NCBI GenBank assembly: GCA_964599625.1
Contig: CAZRGC010000005.1
Coordinates: forward strand, 10,462-74,461
Direction: 5' to 3'
DNA length: 64,000 nucleotides
Source: an uncultured Gammaproteobacteria bacterium
Lineage (GTDB): Bacteria > Patescibacteriota > Microgenomatia > UBA8517
Shown: piece by piece, positions 1 to 8,568 of the stretch
How positions within the stretch are numbered: position 1 is the first letter of the stretch
Layout of the letters: each line of letters opens with the position of its first letter
Program-made: the position numbers and the translations under genes
The notes under the pieces: generated by a model
Told to the model about the DNA's origin: nothing
What the model saw: only the letters and a program-made list of their open reading frames with translations
Databases searched by the model: none

Positions 1-17
1 GAAGAATCATTCTGACA

Positions 18-470
18 ATGAAAAGCCTATTATTAAAGTTGTGGAAGGCTTTACACCTTCCCACAAATTTTCAACTGTTTCTAATGCGGCGTGTTAACGA
101 TCAGTTTCTTGTAGGAGTAACTGGAATTTTTTTGGATAAACAAAACAAAATATTATTAGTAAAACATACTTACAGGGGAAAGGGTTGGAGTCTGCCCGGC
201 GGATACGCCAAAGCGGGTGAACACCCCAAAGAAGCAATAGAGAGAGAAGTAAAAGAAGAGTCTGGATACATTGTTAGTGCCGACGAGAGAATAAAAATAA
301 GGACTGACAGAGATTCCGCAAGACTGGATATTATCTATAAAGGTGTCTACCTCGGGGGTGTTTTCAAAGCCTCAGAAGAGGTTTCGGCAGTAAAATTTTT
401 CAGTTTCGACAATCTTCCCCCACTTCCCGGAAATCAACTGCTTTTCATAGACAAAGCTTTAGAAAATTGA
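18..470 (+). CDS. NUDIX hydrolase
   Basis: Nudix box GGYAKAGEHPKEAIEREVKEESGY (GX5EX7REUXEEXGU pattern); 150 aa ORF. Confidence 0.8.
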   Translation: MKSLLLKLWKALHLPTNFQLFLMRRVNDQFLVGVTGIFLDKQNKILLVKHTYRGKGWSLPGGYAKAGEHPKEAIEREVKEESGYIVSADERIKIRTDRDSARLDIIYKGVYLGGVFKASEEVSAVKFFSFDNLPPLPGNQLLFIDKALEN

Positions 471-473
471 CTT

Positions 474-521
474 TTTTCAAAAAAAAGCCCCGGGGACAAT
501 TGCTTGTGCCTCGGGGCGAGT
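474..521. terminator. Bidirectional intrinsic terminator hairpin (GCCCCGGGG...CCTCGGGGC) flanked by A/T runs
   Basis: Inverted repeat between convergent genes 18..470(+) and 523..774(-); A8 run upstream gives a U-tract on the minus strand. Confidence 0.5.
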
Positions 522-522
522 C

Positions 523-774
523 TTACTTCTTTTCTTCTTCGGCTGATTCAATGTTTCTTGTGCGTGTTTGCGCAAAAAGCATTGTAAAGCCGTCGGGGGC
601 ATCCAAAGTTGTGGCAGGAAGAGTTCCGCAATACATCCAGTTTTGACAACCAGCGATGCGGATATAATCATCCCACTTCAAGGACCGTCCTTGAATTTCG
701 ACTTCATCAACTTTGGCAATCACGCCGTTAACAACTTCCACAAAGCGGTATTGAATGTATGTTTCCATTCTCAC
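523..774 (-). CDS. hypothetical small protein (83 aa), translationally coupled to upstream gene (ATGA overlap)
   Basis: ORF overlaps stop of 771..1736 by 4 nt; followed by terminator hairpin. Confidence 0.35.
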   Translation of the reverse strand: MRMETYIQYRFVEVVNGVIAKVDEVEIQGRSLKWDDYIRIAGCQNWMYCGTLPATTLDAPDGFTMLFAQTRTRNIESAEEEKK

Positions 775-1736
775 CTTGAGATATGACGACGCGGGTCGGC
801 CAATATCACCAAAATATCAGAACCTGGATCAATATCCTCTCCACAAGTGGAATTGGTATGGTCACGGTCATCAATCTCGAGTGCATAGATCTCGCCAGGC
901 CACCTTGTTCCCGTAACGCGTCGGTCCAAAACAAGCGGCGCAAACGGCGTCAAAAGCTCTGAGGCATCATCGCCAATCATCCGCGCACTTGCGAAGGTGT
1001 AAAGATATTGGGATGTCCCCGGGCGTCGGAAATAGACTTTGGAACCCGAAGAGAGTATGTGGTCATCACAGTCTGCAGTGCCACATGTTGGACAAATCGC
1101 TTCGTCGGTTGGTCTCAGACCAAAGGCCCTGCGGAACCTTGCTTCCCTGGTGATTTCCTTTGGCCAAAGTCCGTAAAACCCTTCGTGTCCAAATGGGCCC
1201 ATAAGCTTTTGCTGATACACCCTCACACTTGGCGTTTCGGAAAACGGCAAAAAGCTTCCGCCGGCAAAGTCGTCGGGATCAGATAAAACCACCACTGTGT
1301 CGCCATCTCTGATAGCATCATAGCGGCGCTTATTGGAGTCCACCATTCGTCCGTTGACGTAGGTCACCGCTTCGCGGTCGTCATCGTCGCCCAAGTTGCT
1401 GAGTACGTCATCAAGCTGACGGTTATAACTGCCGCTGGTGTAGGTATCCGCTAAAAGAATGTCACCCAGTCCCACAGGCAAGCTGTATTCGGTCCAGTCT
1501 TTGTTCTTGCGAACAATCAGGTTCTTGGCGTGTTCCACTTTGTGAACCAACTTAAGAGCCAAAATTTGCCGCCTGGTCATTTCACCTTTAAAGCGGAAAA
1601 GGTTTCCGGCGAGGGAATTTACTCGGCGCTTGAACAGGAATCCATTGATGTAATGTGCCGAAATCTGCACGTTTTGTTCAACAAACGCCGCAATTTCGGG
1701 ATAATCTCTTGCGAGATCGTTTCCTTTAGAAAACAT
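771..1736 (-). CDS. hypothetical protein with Cys cluster CPTCGTADCDDH (putative Zn-binding); GC-richer than surroundings
   Basis: 321 aa ORF, no recognisable family; antisense ORFs inside it rejected. Confidence 0.6.
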   Translation of the reverse strand: MFSKGNDLARDYPEIAAFVEQNVQISAHYINGFLFKRRVNSLAGNLFRFKGEMTRRQILALKLVHKVEHAKNLIVRKNKDWTEYSLPVGLGDILLADTYTSGSYNRQLDDVLSNLGDDDDREAVTYVNGRMVDSNKRRYDAIRDGDTVVVLSDPDDFAGGSFLPFSETPSVRVYQQKLMGPFGHEGFYGLWPKEITREARFRRAFGLRPTDEAICPTCGTADCDDHILSSGSKVYFRRPGTSQYLYTFASARMIGDDASELLTPFAPLVLDRRVTGTRWPGEIYALEIDDRDHTNSTCGEDIDPGSDILVILADPRRHISR

Positions 1737-1825
1737 TGTTCCTCCGAACTATCAAGTTAAAGATCGAACTAGAGCCAATTATGGCGTGCAATTGTACCAT
1801 GGAACATAGTTATGGGACTATTTCC

Positions 1826-1866
1826 CCACAAAAAAGGCAGACCTTAGTTACTTTGGTCTGCCCCAC
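1826..1866 (-). terminator. intrinsic terminator (GGCAGACC...GGTCTGCC hairpin + U-tract on minus strand)
   Basis: CCACAAAAAAGG + hairpin; reads hairpin-TTTTTTGTGG on minus strand directly after stop of 1871..2389. Confidence 0.6.
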
Positions 1867-1870
1867 GGCT

Positions 1871-2389
1871 TTATGATTCTGGATAAAGAAGCATGCCGCT
1901 TTGAATAATGTCGAGATCGTGAACAATCCCAAACGCATTTGTCCAATCGTCTTGATACTTTGGTGGAAGCGGACGGCCACGAACTTTCCAGGCTTCTTCC
2001 AGGTGACGAACCATTTCGTCTTTGTCGTCGAGGGTGAGATATCTGGGTCTAACAGGCTTTACGAATTCGTAAACCTCACCAGCGTCCTCGAAGACAGCCG
2101 CATTCCCTACATAAAATCCGTCAATCTTTGAAACTTGGTAATGAAGCTTATGCTTAAAGCTGTAAACCTCAATACGCTTGATTTCCGAATTTACAATGTC
2201 TGTGACGACTAAAACAATCATGTTTTTGTACCAGAACTCAATTTGGCGTTCATCCCGCGATTGGGAAAAAAACCACTGAGTCCGGAGGTTCTTTTTAATA
2301 GACATAACAGCCTCCAAAATAATAACTTTGTGCGAGTGCCTATAATTTTCAGGCACCCTGACTATAGCATACTTAGCCTCAAAAGTCAA
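1871..2389 (-). CDS. hypothetical protein (172 aa)
   Basis: clean ORF with own terminator. Confidence 0.55.
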   Translation of the reverse strand: MTFEAKYAIVRVPENYRHSHKVIILEAVMSIKKNLRTQWFFSQSRDERQIEFWYKNMIVLVVTDIVNSEIKRIEVYSFKHKLHYQVSKIDGFYVGNAAVFEDAGEVYEFVKPVRPRYLTLDDKDEMVRHLEEAWKVRGRPLPPKYQDDWTNAFGIVHDLDIIQSGMLLYPES

Positions 2390-2440
2390 GCTATAGGATA
2401 TAGAACCGCAACACGTGGGATGTTTTGTTTACTTGCCCAC

Positions 2441-2476
2441 AAAAAAGGCGCAGCTTTTCAATTCTGCGCCTGCCTG
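2441..2476 (-). terminator. intrinsic terminator (GGCGCAG...CTGCGCC hairpin + U-tract)
   Basis: same CCACAAAAAAGG-hairpin architecture after stop of 2478..2684. Confidence 0.6.
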
Positions 2477-2477
2477 G

Positions 2478-2684
2478 CTACTTCAATCGTTTGAAAGTGG
2501 CCGTAAAATCCTGGCCGTCGTTCATTCTGGAATCAAAAGGTGTCTTGATAACAAGATCCCAACCTTCCGACCCTTTGTCGATCAGATACCTCGGCCATCG
2601 AGGTAATGTTCCTGTTAGTGTGCGGTCAAATTCGTGGGTAACGTTGTACCCTTTGACCGTAACTTCCAAATACTCATAACCCAT
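2478..2684 (-). CDS. hypothetical small protein (68 aa)
   Basis: ORF followed by terminator; preceded by 2691..2954 in same orientation. Confidence 0.4.
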   Translation of the reverse strand: MGYEYLEVTVKGYNVTHEFDRTLTGTLPRWPRYLIDKGSEGWDLVIKTPFDSRMNDGQDFTATFKRLK

Positions 2685-2690
2685 TTTTCC

Positions 2691-2954
2691 TCACAATCTG
2701 GAATGAATCGCCAAAAGAACCATGATTATCAATGAAATCCATGCAGCGGGCCAAAATCCAATCCATAATGAAGCAACAAGAGCAATCAACATGCAAAACT
2801 CTGCTGCCCAATATTCGTCGGTCCCCAGCCTGCTCGATCTAAACCAGAAAAACATTGAAACCAGTATGACAACCGAAGAAACTAGCCACCAAATAATCAG
2901 TGCCGTTTCGTTTACATGATCAGGCATATCAGCCTCCGCAAAGATCTTTTTCAA
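2691..2954 (-). CDS. small integral membrane protein (87 aa, 2-3 TM helices)
   Basis: hydrophobic segments LIIWWLVSSVVILVSMFFWF and IALVASLWIGFWPAAWISLIIMVLLAI. Confidence 0.5.
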   Translation of the reverse strand: MKKIFAEADMPDHVNETALIIWWLVSSVVILVSMFFWFRSSRLGTDEYWAAEFCMLIALVASLWIGFWPAAWISLIIMVLLAIHSRL

Positions 2955-3032
2955 AAGTGCAGGCTACATTTTAACCACCATTGAGGTTTTAGTCAAACAC
3001 TATGAGACATCACAAGTTATGCTTTTGAGGCA

Positions 3033-3074
3033 ATAAAAAGGGCTACCCCGACTATTAGTCAAAAGGTAGCCCAA
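3033..3074 (-). terminator. intrinsic terminator (GGGCTACC...GGTAGCCC + U-tract on minus strand)
   Basis: hairpin immediately after stop of small ORF 3085..3249. Confidence 0.5.
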
Positions 3075-3084
3075 TGCTACGTTC

Positions 3085-3249
3085 TTATCCTGGCAAAAAA
3101 GCGGCGACTGTGCCGGAGGCGATGCCTGCGCCAGCCATGATTTTGCCAACGGTCTTCCAAAGATCCGGAAAAGGCAGAGAGACAAGTGTCCCTCCACAAC
3201 CCAGAAGTGTCAGACCGACAACGAACAAGGCGAACTTCAAATCGCTCAT
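3085..3249 (-). CDS. small membrane protein (54 aa), not in ORF track (<60 aa)
   Basis: ATG at 3249 preceded by strong SD GAGGAGAG; product MSDLKFALFVVGLTLLGCGG...GAGIASGTVAAFLPG with Gly-zipper-like TM helices; terminator follows. Confidence 0.5.
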   Translation of the reverse strand: MSDLKFALFVVGLTLLGCGGTLVSLPFPDLWKTVGKIMAGAGIASGTVAAFLPG

Positions 3250-3320
3250 GTCATCTCTCCTCTTACAATTTTTGAGTGCGACAAGCGGATTATACTACCT
3301 TGCAACTTTTGTTTTGCAAA

Positions 3321-3641
3321 TCACTTACGAAGGATACTTCGGATACGAGTTATGGCGCGGACTGCCAAGTTCCCCGCCGAATCAATGACAGAAAGAATCT
3401 TGTCTTCGCGGGCGGTAAGTGCATCAACCGTGCTTTGGAACAGGCCTGTCACAGTACCCCTCAAGGCTAGGCCGGAAAACTGCAAGGCAGGAGCAAAGTT
3501 ACCGTTTGCCAAAAGTAGACCGCTTGTTCCCAAATAAAGCGGAACCCGCGTGAGAAGTTTGGTTTCTTCTTTGCGCGCTTGAGCAACACGGTCCAGGTTC
3601 TTTATAACGGCATCCTGCAAATTATTTTTGAATGAACTCAT
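3321..3641 (-). CDS. hypothetical protein (106 aa)
   Basis: ORF only. Confidence 0.45.
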   Translation of the reverse strand: MSSFKNNLQDAVIKNLDRVAQARKEETKLLTRVPLYLGTSGLLLANGNFAPALQFSGLALRGTVTGLFQSTVDALTAREDKILSVIDSAGNLAVRAITRIRSILRK

Positions 3642-3730
3642 TTCTTCCTCCTCGGGTCGAAAAGACGGATTTTGCTCCGTGGGAGAATTTTAACAGAATT
3701 AGAAAAAACATGTCAGAATATTTTTTTGCC

Positions 3731-3764
3731 ACAAAAAAGGGACAAACCATTCGATTTGTCCCTT
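3731..3764 (-). terminator. intrinsic terminator (GGGACAAA-tcgaatgg-TTTGTCCC + TTTTTTGTGG on minus strand)
   Basis: directly after stop of 3771..4343; diverged copy of the hairpin after the two paralogs downstream. Confidence 0.65.
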
Positions 3765-3770
3765 GTGGGA

Positions 3771-4343
3771 TCAGTCTAAAGTGCCGATCGCGGCGCGAAC
3801 CCTTGGGTCTGTCAGGCTTTCTTCAAAGTATGTTTCGGCAACCTGGCGTGCAACTTCCAGATCTTTCGGACTGGCCAATCCAAGCCTTGAAAAAATCCCG
3901 TATGCCAGGCGTTTTTGGACTCCACCTTTGGGAGTCAGGAGCCATTCCAGGTATACCAAATATCCGTAGAAGGCAGGAATAAACGAATTCTCATCGTTGA
4001 CATTTTCCCCTGCTTTCTTGGCGAGAACCATTGTCTCCAAATAACGGACAAAGTATTCTGCCATGCCCTTCTTTGGAAATCTGTAACCCAAAAGCTTCAA
4101 GGAAAACTCTGTCCAAAGTTCATCTTCCTCGTAAACTTCTTTCATCGACGGAGTCCCTTGAAGCCACTGGTGAGCAAGTTTGTAGCTCTCCAGAAGTACA
4201 CGGAGCATCGGATGCGGCTTTCGGCTTTTGAGCCAATCCAAAGACTCACCCATGCGCTCCAAACCAACCTGACTCAGCTCAGCGGCAACATTAATGTTGA
4301 CAAGTTCCACAGTTTTTACTTTTTTTGATGTGCGAGAGGACAT
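3771..4343 (-). CDS. paralog family A member 1 (190 aa), unknown function
   Basis: shares motifs LLGYRFPKKGMAEYFVRYLE and C-terminal ARQVAETYFEESLTDPRVRAAIG with 4454..5206 and 5344..6105. Confidence 0.65.
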   Translation of the reverse strand: MSSRTSKKVKTVELVNINVAAELSQVGLERMGESLDWLKSRKPHPMLRVLLESYKLAHQWLQGTPSMKEVYEEDELWTEFSLKLLGYRFPKKGMAEYFVRYLETMVLAKKAGENVNDENSFIPAFYGYLVYLEWLLTPKGGVQKRLAYGIFSRLGLASPKDLEVARQVAETYFEESLTDPRVRAAIGTLD

Positions 4344-4405
4344 CTTAACTCCTAACCATTATTTAAATCCTAAGTGTGGATTTTACCACAAAACTATAGG
4401 AAAGC

Positions 4406-4440
4406 ACAAAAAAGGGGCAAACCAATATGATTTGCCCCTG
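4406..4440 (-). terminator. intrinsic terminator (GGGGCAAA-tcatattgg-TTTGCCCC + U-tract), near-identical to copy at 5301..5337
   Basis: CACAAAAAAGGGGCAAACCAATATGATTTGCCCCTGAGGGAA shared with 5301..5343. Confidence 0.7.
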
Positions 4441-4453
4441 AGGGAAACGAAAA

Positions 4454-5206
4454 CTATGCGGCGACGAGCTCCGCGACTTTGGGATTTTCAAGGCTTCCGC
4501 GCAGGAAAGCATCCGCTATTGCGCGAACCTCATCAAAATCCGATTTGGTCGAACCACCCAAACGCTTCCAAAGCATCAGGATGAGCTTCTGATGAAGCTT
4601 CTTGGCAGAATCCGGCACCCGGCGCTCCATGAAAGCGATGTTTCCTGCCATGACCTTCAAACCAGACTCCCGCCGGTTCATGATCGCATCCCCTTCCGAG
4701 ATTGCCGATTTTCCGGTCTCAAGCTCGGAAAGCAAAACTTCAAGCCGTTCAACCCTCGGGCCGAGATTTGGAATAAACTTGGCGTAAGCCTTGAGCGTCG
4801 GAATCAAATCCTCGCGGCTACACTCCAGCTCCACGGCCATCTGTGAAAGCTCGATCTCGATCAGGTTGGTTTTCAGCCTTGATTCTTCAATGATACTTGC
4901 CGCATTATCGCCAGCTTTGAGCACGCTCATAAGCGCAACGTATTTGCCAAAATATTCGGCAAGGCCGTACTTTTTGAAACTGAAGCCGAATTTGGCCGTG
5001 AGTTCGGCAAAAGCCTTCTCGTCATCGTCGGCGTCTTGAACGAACTTTTCAAGCATCGTTACAAGCCCAGGATGAATATTCATCGTTCTCGCACTCAAGC
5101 GGAGTTCGGGAAGTCTGTCTTCACCAAGACTCCTGAACATCTCGATCATCTTGATCCTGGCGGCCAGTCGTTCAACAAACTGCTTATCTTTTTTGGAAAG
5201 AGCCAT
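4454..5206 (-). CDS. paralog family A member 2 (250 aa), unknown function
   Basis: motifs FKKYGLAEYFGKYVALMSVLKAG and VRAIADAFLRGSLENPKVAELVAA align to the other two members. Confidence 0.65.
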   Translation of the reverse strand: MALSKKDKQFVERLAARIKMIEMFRSLGEDRLPELRLSARTMNIHPGLVTMLEKFVQDADDDEKAFAELTAKFGFSFKKYGLAEYFGKYVALMSVLKAGDNAASIIEESRLKTNLIEIELSQMAVELECSREDLIPTLKAYAKFIPNLGPRVERLEVLLSELETGKSAISEGDAIMNRRESGLKVMAGNIAFMERRVPDSAKKLHQKLILMLWKRLGGSTKSDFDEVRAIADAFLRGSLENPKVAELVAA

Positions 5207-5300
5207 TCTTCCTCCGTCAAACTGGAAAAAATTAGATAGAACTCCGGAATCTTAACTTAAACATGCATAAAAGTCAAAAATTATAGGTTGTAATTTTAAT

Positions 5301-5337
5301 CACAAAAAAAGGGGCAAACCAATATGATTTGCCCCTG
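5301..5337 (-). terminator. intrinsic terminator, near-identical copy of 4406..4440
   Basis: identical hairpin GGGGCAAACCAATATGATTTGCCCC. Confidence 0.7.
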
Positions 5338-5343
5338 AGGGAA

Positions 5344-6105
5344 CTACTTCTTACTTTCTGCGATCTTGGAAACTCTGCGGTTAAGGACGCTCTCGCGATA
5401 GAAGTCCTGGGCAAGCTTCTTTGCGCGTTCCAAGTCGAGCTTGGATGCACCATTTTCTGCCTTCCAGCGCTTTAAAAGCCCGTCTTCGTCGTCGCGGTTA
5501 AAATCCACCTGGCGGCTGAATTCGTTTAAGTATCCGAATATCGCCGGCAAGAAGATGCCCAGTACGCCGACAAGTGCTTCGGTAACCACCACTTCCTGCT
5601 TGAGTTTTTCGACGGCATTGACAGTCTTTTGGACCTCAAGCGCATCTTTCAAGCCTCCATTGCGGAGGGCCCAAATGGGAAGGTCTGATACCTTGACGCG
5701 AGCAGATGCGGCGATAGCGGCGAGCGGAATGGCGGCGGTCAATTGAAGAATTTTAAGGTTTGAGACCTCATCCTCAATCTCGCGGTACATGCTGGCAACA
5801 TGCAGGTTTTGCAGGTAGACCAAGAAATACTGAGCCATGCCAACCTTGGGAAGTTTGTATCCCAAAAGTCGCTCTGCCTTGTCCGCCCACTTCGCATCTT
5901 CCTCCAGAATGGTGCCCAGGTTCAACTCGCCTTTCACAGCCGACTTGATATCGAGCACCTCCAGGGCCTCTCCCAAAAGAGGATGAGCCTTATTGCGACG
6001 AACGAAGGCATCTGCCTCTTCCATCCCACGCTCACCGTCAATTGAGTAATCGAGTGCCTTACCCAAGCCCTTCAAGAGCTCTTCAAAGTTAATTTGCTTG
6101 GACAT
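5344..6105 (-). CDS. paralog family A member 3 (253 aa), unknown function
   Basis: motifs LLGYKLPKVGMAQYFLVYLQNLHVASM and AKKLAQDFYRESVLNRRVSKIAE. Confidence 0.65.
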   Translation of the reverse strand: MSKQINFEELLKGLGKALDYSIDGERGMEEADAFVRRNKAHPLLGEALEVLDIKSAVKGELNLGTILEEDAKWADKAERLLGYKLPKVGMAQYFLVYLQNLHVASMYREIEDEVSNLKILQLTAAIPLAAIAASARVKVSDLPIWALRNGGLKDALEVQKTVNAVEKLKQEVVVTEALVGVLGIFLPAIFGYLNEFSRQVDFNRDDEDGLLKRWKAENGASKLDLERAKKLAQDFYRESVLNRRVSKIAESKK

Positions 6106-6197
6106 TAGTCCTCCTAAACTAAAAGGTTCAAAACTAGCCTGGATATGATACTACATCAACAAAAATAAATAAACTATAAGATAATGATTAACAAAAA

Positions 6198-6593
6198 TTA
6201 CTTTGAAGCAATACTCTCCACGTCATCGGGAGAAAAAAAGGCATAAGTAGGCCCCCCTGCTCTATCAAACATCAAATAAGATTTTCCCTTGATAAACCCG
6301 ATCCTTGGCATAAGTTCGCGGGAACTCTCAAAAACAACATTTTTTCCTTCAAATATCCCGTGTTCATGGGCAAGTGACGATGTGATCGTGATTCCTTCTT
6401 CCCTGTACCTTTCAACTGCTGATGCTTTTATTTTTATAACAACCCCATCCTGTCTCACTCCCCACCCAAGCGGAGTTGCGATTTTTTTGGCAAATTCTTC
6501 TGAATTGGGATTTTTTTGCCAAAGTTTTAATCCGCTTTGTAAGTTCAGATTCAAAAGCCAAGTGTCAATATATTTTTCGTGAAGTCTTTCCAT
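6198..6593 (-). CDS. hypothetical protein (131 aa)
   Basis: ORF only. Confidence 0.5.
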   Translation of the reverse strand: MERLHEKYIDTWLLNLNLQSGLKLWQKNPNSEEFAKKIATPLGWGVRQDGVVIKIKASAVERYREEGITITSSLAHEHGIFEGKNVVFESSRELMPRIGFIKGKSYLMFDRAGGPTYAFFSPDDVESIASK

Positions 6594-6692
6594 TTTTAAC
6601 CAGAGTACAGTTTACAGATGCGGATTTGGGAAATCAAAGGCCAGTTTGGTATAATTCTGCCTTCGATCAGTACTTTCACAAAGGAGCATGTC

Positions 6693-7325
6693 ATGACCCC
6701 GTTAGAATATTTGGGTCTTTGGTTACTCTTAAACGTAATAATCTTGGTTCACGAGCTTGGCCACGCGGCAGCCGCGGGACTGGTTGGAAGTGATACAGAA
6801 AGCATCACGCTTGGATTTCCAACACTTTTTACCATCCCAATTTTTGGTATACCAACAAATGTTGGCCTCATTCCTCTTTTTGGTTTGGCTAAAATAAGCA
6901 ACTTTATGGACAGCGGACCAATCCGGAAGTTCATTATTGCTGTTGCGGGCCCCATTGCCAGTTTCGGACTTGCGCTACTGTGTTTCCAAATCGCAGGAGG
7001 AAATAGTCTTGTTCAGCAAATAGCTGCCAACAACTATTTCATACAAGAAACTTTGTCGTCTTTTTGGAACGACACACAAAATCCAATTCTCGAATTTACA
7101 AGCTTGTACGCGACCACAAAGGTTGCAACAGTTGCAGTGGCGGCTGGATGTATCAGCTTAATCTTGGCAATACTAAACATGCTCCCGGTCCCGATTCTCG
7201 ACGGCGGACGCGCCCTTTTTGCGCTTTTGGAAGCACTGTTTGGAGAGTGGGTAAGCAAAGTTCATACTGCGCTTATACCGATAAGCTTTTTTGCCCTGAT
7301 AATCTTCGAGATTATACGTTGGTGA
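6693..7325 (+). CDS. M50 family site-2 protease-like membrane metallopeptidase
   Basis: HELGH (HExxH) in a TM helix and LDGG motif (NMLPVPILDGGRALF); start set at ATG 6693 with SD AAGGAG 7 nt upstream (ORF track starts at 6618). Confidence 0.7.
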   Translation: MTPLEYLGLWLLLNVIILVHELGHAAAAGLVGSDTESITLGFPTLFTIPIFGIPTNVGLIPLFGLAKISNFMDSGPIRKFIIAVAGPIASFGLALLCFQIAGGNSLVQQIAANNYFIQETLSSFWNDTQNPILEFTSLYATTKVATVAVAAGCISLILAILNMLPVPILDGGRALFALLEALFGEWVSKVHTALIPISFFALIIFEIIRW

Positions 7326-7368
7326 TCGCAGTGATGCCATGGAAGAAATTTCGTGGCATCACATTTTT

Positions 7369-7842
7369 TCAAAACCTTACTGGTGGCTCTTTTCTTCGTT
7401 TTTCTTCGACAAATCTGTCAAAAAACATTTTTGAAAGGTTTGAATATTTCATGTTAAACCCGAACATTCGGGAAATTTCTACTTCACCCAAAGTTATTTC
7501 CTTTTGATACTTTTCCCTCTCAAACGGCCTGAGCGCGGCCAAAATAGCTTTTGGGTCTGTGTCCACCCTAGCTCTTTTAATAACCACTTCCACAATACTC
7601 CCTGCCTTAACTAGTCCTTTTGGAACATGGAAAATAACAGGACTGTCGTCGTTGTCCAACATCTTGCCAAAATCCAAAATCACCATGTCGAATCCGGGAA
7701 AATACTTTCTGTCGGAGAACGAGTCTAAAACCCTTATTGTCCCCGCGGTTTCAGGACGTCTAAACCACAAAGCTTCAGTAAAGTTGGCAAATGAGGCCTC
7801 CAAAAATGCCTCTGCTTTATCCAGGTTTCGTTCGATGCTCAT
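7369..7842 (-). CDS. hypothetical protein (157 aa)
   Basis: ORF, last gene of a 4-gene minus-strand operon led by the P-loop kinase. Confidence 0.5.
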   Translation of the reverse strand: MSIERNLDKAEAFLEASFANFTEALWFRRPETAGTIRVLDSFSDRKYFPGFDMVILDFGKMLDNDDSPVIFHVPKGLVKAGSIVEVVIKRARVDTDPKAILAALRPFEREKYQKEITLGEVEISRMFGFNMKYSNLSKMFFDRFVEEKRRKEPPVRF

Positions 7843-7854
7843 TTGCGAACTATA

Positions 7855-8289
7855 CTATCTGACTTCGAAGTTTTCAATTTCATGAGGCCTGAAAATTCCA
7901 ATTGTGCGCCAAACTTCACCATCTCTCTCTTCAAAAACGAAGTTGTATTTGTCTGTCAGCCTCATCTCACCATCGTGCCATTTTCTTATCCCAATCTTCA
8001 ACTTACCCACTTTTCCTTTTTTTGGTGCAAGGTTAAAAACAAAATAATCCCTTTCAACTTTTGCATACCGTCTTACGTCGTTAGCACCAACACTATTACG
8101 CGATTCCGAAAGACTCATTATTTCTCTCTTTATTCTAAAAGTCAGCCCTCTTCTTGTTAAATAGGCATCGTGCAAAACACTTGCCATTTGGTTGGCAGCA
8201 AAGTCATCATCGGGATTTGTTTGCCACGCAAAAAGTGCCTTTCGAAAATCGGCGTCTAGTCTATCAAATTGTTTTGGTCTTTCTTTCAC
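7855..8289 (-). CDS. hypothetical protein (144 aa)
   Basis: ORF; 4-nt overlap with upstream gene. Confidence 0.5.
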   Translation of the reverse strand: MKERPKQFDRLDADFRKALFAWQTNPDDDFAANQMASVLHDAYLTRRGLTFRIKREIMSLSESRNSVGANDVRRYAKVERDYFVFNLAPKKGKVGKLKIGIRKWHDGEMRLTDKYNFVFEERDGEVWRTIGIFRPHEIENFEVR

Positions 8290-8528
8290 TTGAGATTGTG
8301 ATCATCCAGTTCTGAGTGAGCTTTGATTAGTAGCTTCAGATCGTCTTCCGAAATAAGTTTCGATAAGTTTCTTTTGATTCCTTCCGTGATTTTTTGATCG
8401 TGTGGAGGGTTATGAAGAAAAATGCTGTGATAAATTGCAGCTGCCGCTTTCCTGCCAAGATTATTTATGCTTTGTTCCCGTCCAAAAAGCTCCGTAACAA
8501 ATCTCTTTTCAGAAATTCTTTCGGTCAT
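8286..8528 (-). CDS. hypothetical protein (80 aa)
   Basis: ORF. Confidence 0.4.
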   Translation of the reverse strand: MTERISEKRFVTELFGREQSINNLGRKAAAAIYHSIFLHNPPHDQKITEGIKRNLSKLISEDDLKLLIKAHSELDDHNLK

Positions 8529-8568
8529 TCAAAAAATATTAGACCCAAATGATGTTCAAATCAAATTT

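Noticed and set aside
1008-1760. Plus-strand ORFs 1008..1286 and 1530..1760 inside the 771..1736 gene
   Set aside because: They are antisense shadow ORFs inside a long GC-rich minus-strand CDS.
3074-3388. Plus-strand ORF 3074..3388 (104 aa) and minus ORF 3000..3197
   Set aside because: These are low-complexity translations overlapping the better-supported small membrane protein 3085..3249, which has a strong SD, TM helices and a terminator.
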